Virus record (IMG/VR): IMGVR_UViG_3300032234_000156
Location: 1 to 37,154 of that record
Strand: one strand, 5' to 3'
From: a virus
Lineage: Duplodnaviria > Caudoviricetes
Length of the DNA stretch: 37,154 bases
Made by a program: the position numbers and the translations under genes. Below are positions 35,659 to 37,154 of this stretch, piece by piece. Each line of letters starts with the position of its first letter. Positions within the stretch are counted from its first letter, which is position 1. Below the pieces are notes generated by a model. It was not told the DNA's origin and did not search any database. It saw only the letters and a program-made list of their open reading frames with translations.

Positions 35659-37154
35659 ATGAACGATTACTATTTATATCTCCCGTGTCCTGGAAGTTCT
35701 GGTATACAGTTTTATTCTAATGTAAATCCAAATAACTATGTTGGACCAATAATTAGATTTAATACAAATACAGGAGCATCAAAGATACAACTTGGTAATT
35801 GTTTTAGTGTAAGTATAGTAAGTGCAGAGTTTCCTCCTCCAGGATTAGTTAATATAGATTGGAATGCTGTAACATACAGTATCTTTAATATATGTACTGA
35901 ATGTGAGGAATTAGTAGAATGTACAGGATGTCCTCCAGGATATACGTTTGATGGAACTGATTGTGTAGCTACTGAACTTATTCCTGCCACATATTCTGGT
36001 GGGACTTTAACTTTAGAACCTGGCGCAAGAACATCTATATATGGATTATTTGGTTTAAGATTATATCCAGATATTACAGCTGTTGTTCCTGTAGTAGGAA
36101 ATGGTGCTGCATATAATGTAGTAGGTACAGCAGGTAATGTTATTCCTATAATCAATTCATTAAAGAATGCTTTATGGGGTGGAGCTGGAATAGGTGTATG
36201 TGATACTGGTTGTACAGGAGGAAGATTAAATGACGTAGGTCTTTGGGGTCCTGGAGCTGTATATGATGCAAATGGATGTACAAACCCAGGAATACAAATG
36301 TACCCACAAGGTAATTGGATAGAAATAGATTATTGTTTTAATTCTGGTCCTGTTACTAAACAATTTTTAATTGGGGTTGCTGGTGATAATAAAATTAAGA
36401 TAACACTAGATAGTGTTGATATTATTACACTAGATGCTACTAACAATGGATGGAATGGTCCTTATCAATACTGGCATGTATTTCCTATAACTATAAGTGC
36501 AGGAAATCACACATTAAAAGTATCTGGATATAACCTAGCTGATGTTGCAAATTTTGGTGCTGAAATATATGATATTACATTAGGAGCATTCCAAGCTAGT
36601 TTAACTACACCAGCTGTAGGAACAGATTGTGGTAACTTACCTTCTGATATTGATCCATATATAATTTTCTCTACAAGGGATTTTGTAGGGCAAGTTATTG
36701 CAGATCCAGATAATCCTGGAGTATGGTCTTGTCCTGTTGGTACAATAGATTACTGTAATGGTGGTCCTCAGTGTTTAACTGAAGTAACTATAGCTCCTGA
36801 AAATTGCGCATACATACTTACATCATGTTGTAATTCAAATCTTACATACATTGCAGATATATCAGGATTTACAACTCCAGGAGTATATTATTATACAGGA
36901 ATAGACAACGTTGGTATTCCATATGGTTGTTATGATATACAGGAATACACAGGTGCATCAGTAATATCTACTGCTATAAGTTTAGATTCTTTACTTGCTA
37001 CTGCTTGTGGTAATTATCCATGTGATATATTCTGTTTAGATTGTAATTGTTATAGGGTTAGATTTAAACCTGCAAATATACCAGGTGGTTCAGGAAGTAC
37101 AACTATTTCATACTATACATGTAATGATAGCGGAGCAGCTCCATTACCTGTGGG
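35659..37154 (+). CDS. large Cys-rich structural/adhesin-like protein (partial, runs off the window)
   Basis: ATG 35659, frame open to the window end (missing from the ORF track). CPPGYTFDGTDC module; a GVAGDN...GNHTLKVSGYN segment resembles a PA14-like beta domain. Confidence 0.8.
   Translation, partial: MNDYYLYLPCPGSSGIQFYSNVNPNNYVGPIIRFNTNTGASKIQLGNCFSVSIVSAEFPPPGLVNIDWNAVTYSIFNICTECEELVECTGCPPGYTFDGTDCVATELIPATYSGGTLTLEPGARTSIYGLFGLRLYPDITAVVPVVGNGAAYNVVGTAGNVIPIINSLKNALWGGAGIGVCDTGCTGGRLNDVGLWGPGAVYDANGCTNPGIQMYPQGNWIEIDYCFNSGPVTKQFLIGVAGDNKIKITLDSVDIITLDATNNGWNGPYQYWHVFPITISAGNHTLKVSGYNLADVANFGAEIYDITLGAFQASLTTPAVGTDCGNLPSDIDPYIIFSTRDFVGQVIADPDNPGVWSCPVGTIDYCNGGPQCLTEVTIAPENCAYILTSCCNSNLTYIADISGFTTPGVYYYTGIDNVGIPYGCYDIQEYTGASVISTAISLDSLLATACGNYPCDIFCLDCNCYRVRFKPANIPGGSGSTTISYYTCNDSGAAPLPV

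Noticed and set aside
7973-36155. Minus-strand ORFs in the late region (e.g. 15056..15397, 17355..17792, 35736..36155) and 28144..28362 (+)
   Set aside because: Antisense or out-of-frame shadows of clear plus-strand genes
1-37154. Stop-codon reassignment (TAG/TGA) as in some crAss-like phages
   Set aside because: Long genes are intact in the standard code, and TAG ends genes cleanly (e.g. 29504, 32606)

Overview
AT-rich fragment of a tailed dsDNA phage of Bacteroidota with crAss-like (Crassvirales-type) gene content and order, read in the standard genetic code. Positions 1-~6150 form a minus-strand, probably early module of about 20 tiny ORFs. Nearly every ORF is separated from the next by a conserved GGG/CCC hairpin plus CCCUUUU tract (15 copies), and the blocks are headed by five copies of a 15-bp motif (ATCTWWTCTTAATTY). 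The module ends in a structured non-coding region that reads as a tRNA-like cloverleaf followed at once by a twister-like self-cleaving ribozyme. From ~6330 the plus strand carries small accessory genes (metallophosphoesterase, an Acb2/Tad1-like candidate), candidate sRNAs, modular fibre-like proteins, a DUF1566/Lcl-type protein and a holin/amidase lysis cassette. Next come HU/IHF-like and PD-(D/E)xK genes, terL, portal, putative scaffold and major capsid protein. These are followed by a 3.3-kb block of ten very basic proteins, most with recurring Φ-x-x-G-G motifs, a ferritin-like protein, and Cys-rich structural genes running off the right edge. Family names come from motif recognition by eye, not from database searches.
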